Position numbers and translations under genes: made by a program. 64,000 bases of DNA from Spirochaetota bacterium. GTDB taxonomy: Bacteria; Spirochaetota; UBA4802; UBA5550. Shown here in pieces: positions 20,323 through 28,849 of the stretch. Location: positions 1,344,001-1,408,000 of the forward strand of contig CAXXHB010000003.1 in the NCBI GenBank assembly GCA_963664815.2, given 5' to 3'. The notes beneath the pieces were generated by a model. It did not search any database, was not told the DNA's origin, and saw only the letters and a program-made list of their open reading frames with translations. Each line of letters opens with the position of its first letter. Positions within the stretch are counted from its first letter, which is position 1.

Positions 20323-21933
20323 ATGTATAGTGTAAACAATGAAATTGTCAAGAAAGCCATTAAATTTTTAAAAAAAGATATCTATGATGACTGGTTTTGT
20401 GACATTCAAAACTTTGATGACATTTTTAATGACATCAATAATATAACCAATATAATAAATGATAAGATTAGAAGTGGAAAAGGTATTTATTTAGCAGATA
20501 ATCCAATACTATTTAATATCCCAAAAGAAAATGGTGCGTTCAGATATACATTAGAGCTATGTCCATTAGACAGATTAGCATATCATATATTTGGAATTCA
20601 ATTGATTCATTATTTAGATCGCTCCCTTCCATTCAATGTTTTAGGTCATCGAAAAAATTTAGATGATAAAATGTTATTCAAACCAATGATTGAGCAATGG
20701 AATAAATTTGAAAATTATACAAGGATTTCTGGAATAAATAAACATATAATCCAAACAGATATTTCAAATTATTTCGATTATATAAATATTAACAGACTCA
20801 GAATCGAATTAATCAACTCGGCATCTGATGCAAATCTATCTTCTGAAGACTTTGTAAATTGTATTTATGCAATAGAGTCGATATTTTCAATATTAAAACA
20901 AATATCATTCGATGGAGAAAGAGGCTTACCTCAAAATAAAGATATATCTTCATTTTTAGCAAATATATACATGAGACCACTTGATAAATGCTTAAAGGAT
21001 GCAATTTATTTTAGATATATGGATGATATACGAATTATAGCTGATACTAGAGCAGATGCTAACCGCTATATGCTTTGCATAATTGAAGAATTAAGAAAAT
21101 GTGGCTTATCATTAAATAGTAGCAAAACAAAAATTTTAATTCCGAACAGTCAAGAGCACTCACATTTTTGTTTTGAAATGGATTTAGAGGCAAAAAAAAC
21201 TGATTCACTGTTTAACAGTGGAAAAAGAAAATACGTAATGGAGTCATTTAATATAATTTATTCCAATGTTCTTAAATATCTTGATGAAAGTAAAGTTAAT
21301 GAAAGAAAATTTCGTTTTTACTCCAATAGATTAATTACATTTTTAAATGCAAAAGATGTTAAAGTACCAAATAAATTTAAAAAAGAGATTTCTAGCAAAT
21401 TAATTGGAGTTATTACGGCAAAACCAGATTCAGCTGATAAAATATGTGCTTTAGTAAAAGCCATTGGACCTTTTAAAAAGCTACAAGATGATCTCGTCAA
21501 GTGGGCAGTAACACCTGATAATTTAACATATGAATGGGCAGTATATACAATTATAAAAACACTTATAATACAATCCTATAAATCAAAAACTTTGGATAAT
21601 TATTGTAAAGCTTGTTTAAATGATATTAACACTCCTGATAATATTAGGGGTATCTCAGCTGTATATTTAAATAAAAAAGCAAAAAAATCTATCATTAACT
21701 TACTATCAAGAAATAATTCACATTTTTTCCAAAGACATTTAATAATCGCACTGTCAGAAATGAAACCAGATATTCTTTTACAAAATGATATTTCAGAAAA
21801 AATAATACCGGACTTTAAAGGGCAACACCAGAATCTATATAAACTTTCTTTGAATGCTAACTTTTTATATGTAAAAGAACATGAACGAATCACACAAAGA
21901 GAATTGATTCAAGAGTTGAAAAATTATGCTTAA
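20323..21933 (+). CDS. Reverse transcriptase, UG/Abi (defence-associated)-like, with alpha-helical C-terminal extension
   Basis: IPKENGAFR, QTDISNYFDYI, GLPQNKDISSFLANIYM, YFRYMDDIRI, GLSLNSSKTKI; AGAAGGA RBS before ATG 20323. Confidence 0.92.
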   Translation: MYSVNNEIVKKAIKFLKKDIYDDWFCDIQNFDDIFNDINNITNIINDKIRSGKGIYLADNPILFNIPKENGAFRYTLELCPLDRLAYHIFGIQLIHYLDRSLPFNVLGHRKNLDDKMLFKPMIEQWNKFENYTRISGINKHIIQTDISNYFDYININRLRIELINSASDANLSSEDFVNCIYAIESIFSILKQISFDGERGLPQNKDISSFLANIYMRPLDKCLKDAIYFRYMDDIRIIADTRADANRYMLCIIEELRKCGLSLNSSKTKILIPNSQEHSHFCFEMDLEAKKTDSLFNSGKRKYVMESFNIIYSNVLKYLDESKVNERKFRFYSNRLITFLNAKDVKVPNKFKKEISSKLIGVITAKPDSADKICALVKAIGPFKKLQDDLVKWAVTPDNLTYEWAVYTIIKTLIIQSYKSKTLDNYCKACLNDINTPDNIRGISAVYLNKKAKKSIINLLSRNNSHFFQRHLIIALSEMKPDILLQNDISEKIIPDFKGQHQNLYKLSLNANFLYVKEHERITQRELIQELKNYA

Positions 21934-23494
21934 TATTGCAATATTTTTTAATAACTCTCTTGAGTCGATTCCATTTGCATTAACTTTAATTAATAATAAA
22001 GTTAGAATTATTAGAGATTTTAGACGCATAAGTTTCCCAGATAATATTATTACATTAGGATACACTGACACTATTGATTCATTTAGAAATCAAAATATTC
22101 CATTTAATGCAACTCAAAGAAGAATTGAAATTTTATATGCTTTAACAATATACTATTCTAAGGGTGACCAGTCGAAAAAATGGAAATTTCGTAAACCTGA
22201 AATCATAGGAAAATTTATAGAACCTTCTTTAATCACCAGGCTGAAACAATATGAAAATAATGAAATATCATGGAATGAATTTAGTAAAATTCTTTTTAAT
22301 CAAAAGACAAATTTATTAACTGCAGTTGATAACGTATATAATCAACTTATTACCGAATATACAAAAAATTCACTAATTAAACTGGCTTGGCTTGAAACAG
22401 AATTTTTTATTGATAATTATTTTTTAATTAATCAATATAATGGAATCATGGTTGATAAAAATAAAATTGAAAAACAGCTATATGATATGAACTTTCAAAA
22501 ATATTCTGCATTATTGTATTTAGAAAAGAATTATAATATGGATATTTCAAGTTCATATTTATCTGATGAAAAAATAGACGAACTTATACTTTCTGAGTAT
22601 AAAGATTTCGAACAAACAGAAGAAATTACTAATTTAATTCAAGTGGTTAATACTTCTGATAAAAGAATTGAATCAATAACTACAGTTAAAGAATGTCGTA
22701 TTGATTACGCAAATCTGATCAAACATTATTCTGCCGATGATATCCCATATGTATACCCACAATATGATGTCATTGGCAGTAGTAGTGGTAGAATCTTTAT
22801 TGCAAGCCCAGGTACACAATACTTAAAAAAATCAAGAAGAGACATATTTTCAGCACAAAAGAATCATACCCTTACATATTTTGATTTTAGAAATTATGAA
22901 CCTGGCATCGTTGCAGGTCTATCAAATGATAAAGATTTTATAAAATATTACAATTCAGGAGATATGTATTCAAAAATTGCATCTGAAGTTTATAATGACC
23001 CCGAAAAAAGAAAAGATGTAAAAATTTCAATTCTTATGTTATTATATGGTATGTCTACAGAATCCTTGCATAACTTTTTTAAAAATAATAGTAATTTTAA
23101 TCCTGATGGTGTTATTCATATTTTAAATGGTTTTATACAACTACAAGAATGGAAAAAAAGCATTTTGGACGATGTATTGAATAAATATGCTGTTATTGAT
23201 AAAACATATACAAGAAAGTTTTTACCAAATAGTGATTGGAAAATTAAAACATCCGCAGTTAACCATATAATACAATCAACTGGTTCTCGGATTCTAAAGC
23301 GTTGCATTAAAGAAATTGTTAATATTGAAGGAATTAAAATACTAATACCAATGCACGATGCACTTCTATGTGAAATTATTGATAACAAATATGTTGAGAT
23401 TAAAGAACAAGTAATTCATAAAATGGAGAGCATCTTTACTGATGAAGTAACGCATACTTCCTCCAAAGTAATCGTAACGGATTTTTCATCGTAA
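21926..23494 (+). CDS. Stand-alone family A DNA polymerase lacking the 5'-3' exonuclease
   Basis: SSGRIFIASPGTQ (motif 2), FDFRNYEP (A), RKDVK...LLYG (B), AVNHIIQ (6), PMHDAL (C); 8-nt overlap with RT stop. Confidence 0.88.
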   Translation: MLNIAIFFNNSLESIPFALTLINNKVRIIRDFRRISFPDNIITLGYTDTIDSFRNQNIPFNATQRRIEILYALTIYYSKGDQSKKWKFRKPEIIGKFIEPSLITRLKQYENNEISWNEFSKILFNQKTNLLTAVDNVYNQLITEYTKNSLIKLAWLETEFFIDNYFLINQYNGIMVDKNKIEKQLYDMNFQKYSALLYLEKNYNMDISSSYLSDEKIDELILSEYKDFEQTEEITNLIQVVNTSDKRIESITTVKECRIDYANLIKHYSADDIPYVYPQYDVIGSSSGRIFIASPGTQYLKKSRRDIFSAQKNHTLTYFDFRNYEPGIVAGLSNDKDFIKYYNSGDMYSKIASEVYNDPEKRKDVKISILMLLYGMSTESLHNFFKNNSNFNPDGVIHILNGFIQLQEWKKSILDDVLNKYAVIDKTYTRKFLPNSDWKIKTSAVNHIIQSTGSRILKRCIKEIVNIEGIKILIPMHDALLCEIIDNKYVEIKEQVIHKMESIFTDEVTHTSSKVIVTDFSS

Positions 23495-23562
23495 ATTCAC
23501 GGTTCTGTAAAAATTATTAGTATATAAATAAATATATGCTAATGTTTAACTCGGGGGCAACT

Positions 23563-23689
23563 GCATATAACTTATAGAAGTCTTAACGATGTTGCCTCAA
23601 AAAAACCGCTAATCTTTATTAGCGGTATAAAAACATTAAACAGATAATTTCAATCTTCAGACAACAGCTATGTTAAGACTCTGTTGGAC
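23563..23689 (+). repeat. attC family A, copy 1
   Basis: GCATATAAC..GTCTTAAC / GTTAAGAC..GTTGGAC. Confidence 0.8.
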
Positions 23690-23700
23690 GAAACCACTGG

Positions 23701-23800
23701 GATCGAACAGTATATATAGGAATTTGAATGGGGGGAGAGGAGAGAATAGAAGAGGGCATCTTTGATCGAACAGTATATATAGGAATTTGAATCCGTTTTC
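23701..23800 (-). mobile_element. IS91-like oriIS end, duplicated
   Basis: Minus strand ATTCAAATTCCTATATATACT-GTTC twice (29-bp direct repeat 23701-23729 and 23764-23792). Confidence 0.6.
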
Positions 23801-24004
23801 TCCCGATCTTTGAAAGAACATACAGTAATAATCCGGTGATTTTACCGGAAAAAATAATAATCCCGTAAAATAATTATTTCTATAGTTATCTGATAGACTG
23901 TGAATGGCGATTTTATGCAAAATCTCAAAAGCTCCGGGCATACTTATCCTCTCTATGAAACAGTTTTTTAAATTTGTGAAGTATAGCTATACTCTTTATA
24001 ACAG

Positions 24005-24592
24005 CTAACCGTAAGTCGACAGGCCATGGATATAATGAATGTGTCCCTTTTCGCACTCCCTGCAGAGAGTTATATCAATCCTGAAATATTTCCAGAACAG
24101 AAATGCCGTATCCTCAAGAAGCTCTTTGCTTCGCTCATCCTGCTCCGCCAGGGGCTGACCAAGAAACATCCGGCAAAGGGCAAGATTGTTTGCCCTGTTA
24201 CGGTTTTCCATAAAACCGAAGAACCGGACTTTTTTAAATCCTTTAGGAAGAATATGCAGTACCAGACGTTTCATAAATTGAATCTCTGTAACAACCTCCA
24301 TTTTACTCTGCTTCCTTTTTCTATTGTAATAGCGGATGTAAACATTTCCATTCTCCGCTTTCTGTATCCGTTTATCACTGACTGCACTTTTAGCAACGTA
24401 TCTTGAAAGATAGCGGACTATGTTTTCCGGTTTCCTTTTATCTTTGCCGGGAAGCTGGGAGTTTACAACCCATGGAATATGCGCAAGCTGATTAAAAAGC
24501 TTTGCAATATCTTCAATACCGTCAGGTGTCTTTAAAGAACCGTTTTTAAGTTCTTTGCCGAGGTGGAATAAAAGCATTTTTCTGAATGTCAA
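24005..24592 (-). pseudogene. IS91-family Y2 transposase, C-terminal fragment
   Basis: 'YLSRYV' Y2 motif, 'FMKRLVLHILPKGFKKVRFFGF', C-terminal CxxC; 5' end cut by intron fragment. Confidence 0.85.
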
Positions 24593-24980
24593 AGGAAGCC
24601 TTTAAAAATCCCGATACTGTTCTTATTCAGGCTCTATGGAGATGGGGCAGATTCAGACACTCGATGAAAAATTCTTTATGGCTTAAAAACCTGTACTGGA
24701 AACGCATAGGAAACAGGGACTTAAACTTTCTGCTCTGATGAGGAGATTCTTATTACTGCAGGACACAATAAAATTGTACGGCACAGAATGATAAGTCTTG
24801 ACAGGAACCCATTTTTAAAAGAATATTCTGATTATTTCTACTATAGGAAAATGGGAATACAAACAGATAACAGCGGCTGGTTGTATAGAGAGCTTAAGAC
24901 GGCTTGAGCCGTATGAAGGGAAAGTTTCACGTACGGTTCTTATGGGGGGAAGGGGGTGCGAGCTTCCTGACCTACCAGAC
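24587..24980 (+). mobile_element. Group II intron 3' fragment (maturase tail remnant, D5, D6)
   Basis: D5 GAGCCGTATGAAGGGAAAGTTTCACGTACGGTTC (24906-24939), D6 ending CCTACCAGAC; upstream KIVRHRMISLDRNPFL. Confidence 0.88.
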
Positions 24981-25030
24981 TTTTCACCTGAATGCCGGAG
25001 ACATCGGTAACTCATAAAAGGATCGTATTT

Positions 25031-26104
25031 ATGAATTTTAATGTTACAATACTAACTGCTCCAGATCCAGAAATAACACTTAAGAAAGAAATCAACCTTT
25101 TGAAAGTCGCATTATTGTATTCTGATAAAATAACACTTATAAGTCCAACAGCATCAATGTTGCTATCAGTAATGCAAATGCATTTATTGGATGACGATAG
25201 TAAATTTGAGTTAGTAAAAACATATATGTTAGCTACTGGACAAGGAAATTATGACGAAATCGTTAATTTATATTCGACATATAAAAATCTGAAAACAAAG
25301 AAGCGTCTTTCAAGAGAAGAGTTATTATTAAAAATAAAACTGCGCGAAGGATTTGAAAAATTTACTAAATCACTTTCTGAAATCGGTGAAAAATTTTATA
25401 ATAATTCAAATTTCGATAAACTTGTACCTTTAATCGAAAAAGGATTTATTGAATTTAAACATTTCAATTATGGTATTGATGATGTTCAAGAATTTTTCAT
25501 GAATGAAATATTGGACGTTTTGAATGATGTCTATAAATATCCTTTATTTGATAACATGATTGAAGGAATCACTCATGCATATTCGATTGAAAATAATTTA
25601 TCAATTGCTAACAATAATCCAAAAGAAATTAAAATGGGAAAAGAAGTTCTTTTTAAACTTCCTAATATTGAAGAGTTAGATTTTATAGAAATAATTGAAT
25701 TAAAAAACAATTTAAATATAGAACTATCTAGATTTAAAGGAGCTTTATTAAATTATTCAAACAGTTTGATTTCATTACCATATTCAGAAAAAGACGATGT
25801 TGAAATATTTAAAAAATATGAATATTATATAAAACCAGAACTCGCTGATTTAAAAAATCAAATATCTCAAAATAAATTTATTAAGAAAATAAGAAATGAA
25901 TTGCTGAGCAATTCTACTAAATATGCAACTCAAACAATGGTGTGTATTGGATTATGTGAATTGATGGAATTTAATAAACTTATTTCAACTGTTGGTTTTT
26001 TAGGTGAATCAATGTATAAAACATTTAAAACAAAAGCTGATGAAAGTAAAAAAATAAAAAAACATCCTTTATTTTTCTATCATTCGATGGAGAAATTAAA
26101 ATAA
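25031..26104 (+). CDS. Hypothetical cassette protein
   Basis: AT-rich ORF followed 12 nt later by attC-A; no family recognised. Confidence 0.75.
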   Translation: MNFNVTILTAPDPEITLKKEINLLKVALLYSDKITLISPTASMLLSVMQMHLLDDDSKFELVKTYMLATGQGNYDEIVNLYSTYKNLKTKKRLSREELLLKIKLREGFEKFTKSLSEIGEKFYNNSNFDKLVPLIEKGFIEFKHFNYGIDDVQEFFMNEILDVLNDVYKYPLFDNMIEGITHAYSIENNLSIANNNPKEIKMGKEVLFKLPNIEELDFIEIIELKNNLNIELSRFKGALLNYSNSLISLPYSEKDDVEIFKKYEYYIKPELADLKNQISQNKFIKKIRNELLSNSTKYATQTMVCIGLCELMEFNKLISTVGFLGESMYKTFKTKADESKKIKKHPLFFYHSMEKLK

Positions 26105-26116
26105 AAAGTGAAAACT

Positions 26117-26226
26117 GCACACAACTTATAGAAGTCTTAACGTAGTTGCCTCAAAAAAACCGCTAATCTTTATTAGCGATATAAAAACATTAAACAGATA
26201 ATTTCAATCTTCAGACAGCAGCTATG
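26117..26226 (+). repeat. attC family A, copy 2 (3'-truncated)
   Basis: GCACACAAC-TTATAGAAGTCTTAACG...CAGCTATG then diverges. Confidence 0.75.
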
Positions 26227-26414
26227 ACCGTGAATAGCGATTTTGTGGATAGTGTCGCATTGTATAAAATAACTGTCTTGATTATTTATGAAAAGAATAG
26301 TATAAAGGTATATAAAGTACTGTAGAGTATTACTTATATCCGAAGATTTTATCTGTCAAACATTTAAAAAATCACTCTTTCGTACGCGGTAATGATTTAA
26401 ACGAGGGAATATTT

Positions 26415-27236
26415 GTGTTAATATATAAAGACAAATTTACTACTTTTCAGAAAGAAAATACGAAAACATCATATCAATCAACAATTGAAAATTTTGAATA
26501 CTTTTTGTGTAAGACATATAATTCTGAAATTAATGAAAACAATATAACAAGGACACAGATGATAAGTTATAATCAGTATCTAGTTAATATTTTTAATGAG
26601 GAAAGAACAATTTCAACACATATTTATGGGATAAGATCTTATTTTAAATTTTTATACAGGAAAGGTTATATTGAAAGTGATCCATCGACAATTCTTGAAT
26701 CACCACAGATTAAAAGAAAATCACCAATAATAATTACTCCCGAAGATCTTGAACAAATGCTAGATTTTCGATTAAATTCATTAGAAGATTACAGATTAAG
26801 AGTAATCATATTAATACTGTATTATACAGGATTAAAAGTCTCAGAATTAGTAGAATTAGAAATTGATGATGTTAAAGAGAATACATTAGTAGTTAAAAAT
26901 CAATTCAGTGGTTTTAGAGAACTACCATTGAATGGTGTTACGATCCAGTCAATAAATCAATATCTACTTCAAAGAGATGAGTTAAATGTATATTCACAAT
27001 ATTTAATTCACAGCAAGAAAGGAAGCATGCTAAATAGAAAATCATTATGGAGAATTTTAAATAGATTTACTGATAAAGAAAAATTTGGAAGCGATATAAA
27101 TCCAAATACTTTTAGAGAAAATTATATTATAAATAAACTTTGTGAACTACAGTATTTTTTAGGTTATGATAATTTGGGTAGCTTAATGAATTATATTCAT
27201 GAACATATAAAATATCAAAAGACTAGTGAAGACTAG
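26415..27236 (+). CDS. XerC/D-like tyrosine recombinase with degenerate catalytic residues
   Basis: SAM-like N-domain; YYTGLKVSEL (R->K), NPNTFR (H->N), LGY (H->Y). Confidence 0.75.
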   Translation: MLIYKDKFTTFQKENTKTSYQSTIENFEYFLCKTYNSEINENNITRTQMISYNQYLVNIFNEERTISTHIYGIRSYFKFLYRKGYIESDPSTILESPQIKRKSPIIITPEDLEQMLDFRLNSLEDYRLRVIILILYYTGLKVSELVELEIDDVKENTLVVKNQFSGFRELPLNGVTIQSINQYLLQRDELNVYSQYLIHSKKGSMLNRKSLWRILNRFTDKEKFGSDINPNTFRENYIINKLCELQYFLGYDNLGSLMNYIHEHIKYQKTSED

Positions 27237-27398
27237 ATCAGTTGAGAGTGACTCATACGTTTTGTATTCGCTTATTTTCATTTTTCATGGTTGCTTTATA
27301 TAACAAAGGAGTCTGTCTGAAAAAAATGTTTTAAACCGGATTATCTTCCGTCATTATTGATACCCAGACTTTTAATTGTTTTTAGGAATATGTATTCT

Positions 27399-27601
27399 TA
27401 TTTATTCAAATTTCTACATACGAATTATTCTTGCAATTATAAATCCGGTAATCTAAAATCCATTAATATTGTATTGGGCTACTGCTCAGGTGATTATGTC
27501 AAGCAAACAGGACGTTTGCACTTCGGCTGGCTCAGTTACCAGCTGCCGGCATATAACAGGTGATGCACTGATCGGCGTCGAAGTGATGTTATAAAAAAGC
27601 C
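27399..27601. repeat. ~200-bp dispersed repeat (second copy 50553-50772)
   Basis: TATTTATTCAAATTTCTACATACGAATTATTCTTG...ACAGGACGT...CTCAGTT...GCCGGCATATAACAGG shared. Confidence 0.75.
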
Positions 27602-27664
27602 GGCCAACTTGAAGAGTATCTCAATCAGTGAAGATTGATTAAGATACTCTTCTTAACGTTATCT
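27602..27664 (+). repeat. attC family B, copy 1
   Basis: GGCCAAC-GAAGAGTATC-TCAATC..GATTGA-GATACTCTTC-TTAAC-GTTATCT. Confidence 0.8.
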
Positions 27665-27727
27665 GAAATCGCCTTTTTTGGATTAAAGGCGAGCCGCCAT
27701 CCGTGGCGGTAAATATTAAAATGAAGA

Positions 27728-28312
27728 TTGACTTGGACGAATACTTATATGATGAAATATGATATAAACAATAACCCTCCTAAGAAAAGACATGATATTT
27801 TCTTTAAATGGTATATATCTACAATTAGATATTACTTACATGATGCATATAACCATTTTGAAAAAAATTATGACAAAACAGATAAAGAATTGATTACAAA
27901 GGAAGGCCTTCTTAATGATAATGAATTAATACATTGGTCAAAAGATTTAGTAATTGAATCAACTATACTGTTGTTAAATAATTTAATTGAGACTATAATT
28001 CAATCGATAGCTATTAAAATAGGAGAATATGACTTAGATACAATTAAAAATATAAATAGATTCGAACAGATTTCAATAATTGAGAGTAAATGTAACATAA
28101 AATTAAATACTATTTCTGGTTGGACTCATGTTGAAAAAATTAGAAAAGATGCAAACTTATTAAAGCATAACACAGGTTTTAAAATAATCCCTAGTTCTAA
28201 TGGCGTCATGGAGATTCAAAAGGTTAAAAGATCGGTTGAAGAATTGGATAAAAGCATTTCCATTATTGAAAAGTGGTTTATTAAATTCATTGATTTAACA
28301 AATGACATATAA
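27728..28312 (+). CDS. Hypothetical cassette protein, possible HEPN-like domain
   Basis: 'EKIRKDANLLKHNTG' resembles the HEPN R..N...H motif; start uncertain. Confidence 0.55.
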   Translation: MTWTNTYMMKYDINNNPPKKRHDIFFKWYISTIRYYLHDAYNHFEKNYDKTDKELITKEGLLNDNELIHWSKDLVIESTILLLNNLIETIIQSIAIKIGEYDLDTIKNINRFEQISIIESKCNIKLNTISGWTHVEKIRKDANLLKHNTGFKIIPSSNGVMEIQKVKRSVEELDKSISIIEKWFIKFIDLTNDI

Positions 28313-28386
28313 AGAATATCTATTTTAACCAGATGTATGTATTCCGGCCCAAACCTGCCACCCATTCCGGTTTTAGTCTGCCTCAC

Positions 28387-28808
28387 TGTCAAATGAAGCC
28401 TTTTAAAAATACCGATACTGTTCTTTTTCAGGCTCTATGGAGATGGCGCAGATTCAGGCACCCGATGAAAAAATATTTTATAGCTTAAAAAACGATGCTT
28501 TCAAACACATATGAAAAATGGACTTAAACTTTCTGTACTGATGATGAGATTCTTATATCTGCAGGACAGACACATTAAAATTGTACGGCACAGAATGATA
28601 ATTCTTGACAGGAACCCATTTTTAAAAGAAGATTCTGATTATTTCTGCTATAGAAAAATTGGAATACAAATGCTAACAGCGACTGGTATAGAGAGCTTAT
28701 GACAGCTTGAGCCGTATGAAAGGCGACCGGGGGAAGTGCCTGTGGTAAAAACTTTCACGAACGGTTCTTATGGGGGAAAGGGAGTGTAAACTCCCTGACC
28801 TACCAGAC
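28387..28808 (+). mobile_element. Group II intron 3' fragment, copy 2
   Basis: Same 5' boundary TGTCAAA.GAAGCC; D5 with insertion; ends CCTACCAGAC. Confidence 0.88.
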
Positions 28809-28849
28809 TTTTCGGGTGTATGAAACGGATTAGGCAAAAAGGAAAACTA

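Noticed and set aside
20323-21933. RT as retron, group II intron maturase, DGR or CRISPR-associated RT
   Set aside because: No NAxxH/VTG retron motifs, no room for msr-msd, no intron D5/D6 adjoining it, no TR/VR pair or cas1; the nearby intron scraps encode a different protein tail
21926-23494. Housekeeping polA or prophage polymerase
   Set aside because: Too short, lacks the 5'-3' exonuclease, AT-rich, cassette-borne, and has no phage genes around it
26415-27236. Functional IntI for the array
   Set aside because: Catalytic residues substituted and IntI-specific features absent
28511-28702. Short ORFs over intron and IS remnants (also 24815-25015, 32097-32503, 35873-36058, 40573-40758)
   Set aside because: Frameshifted fragments or antisense readings of mobile-element debris, not genes
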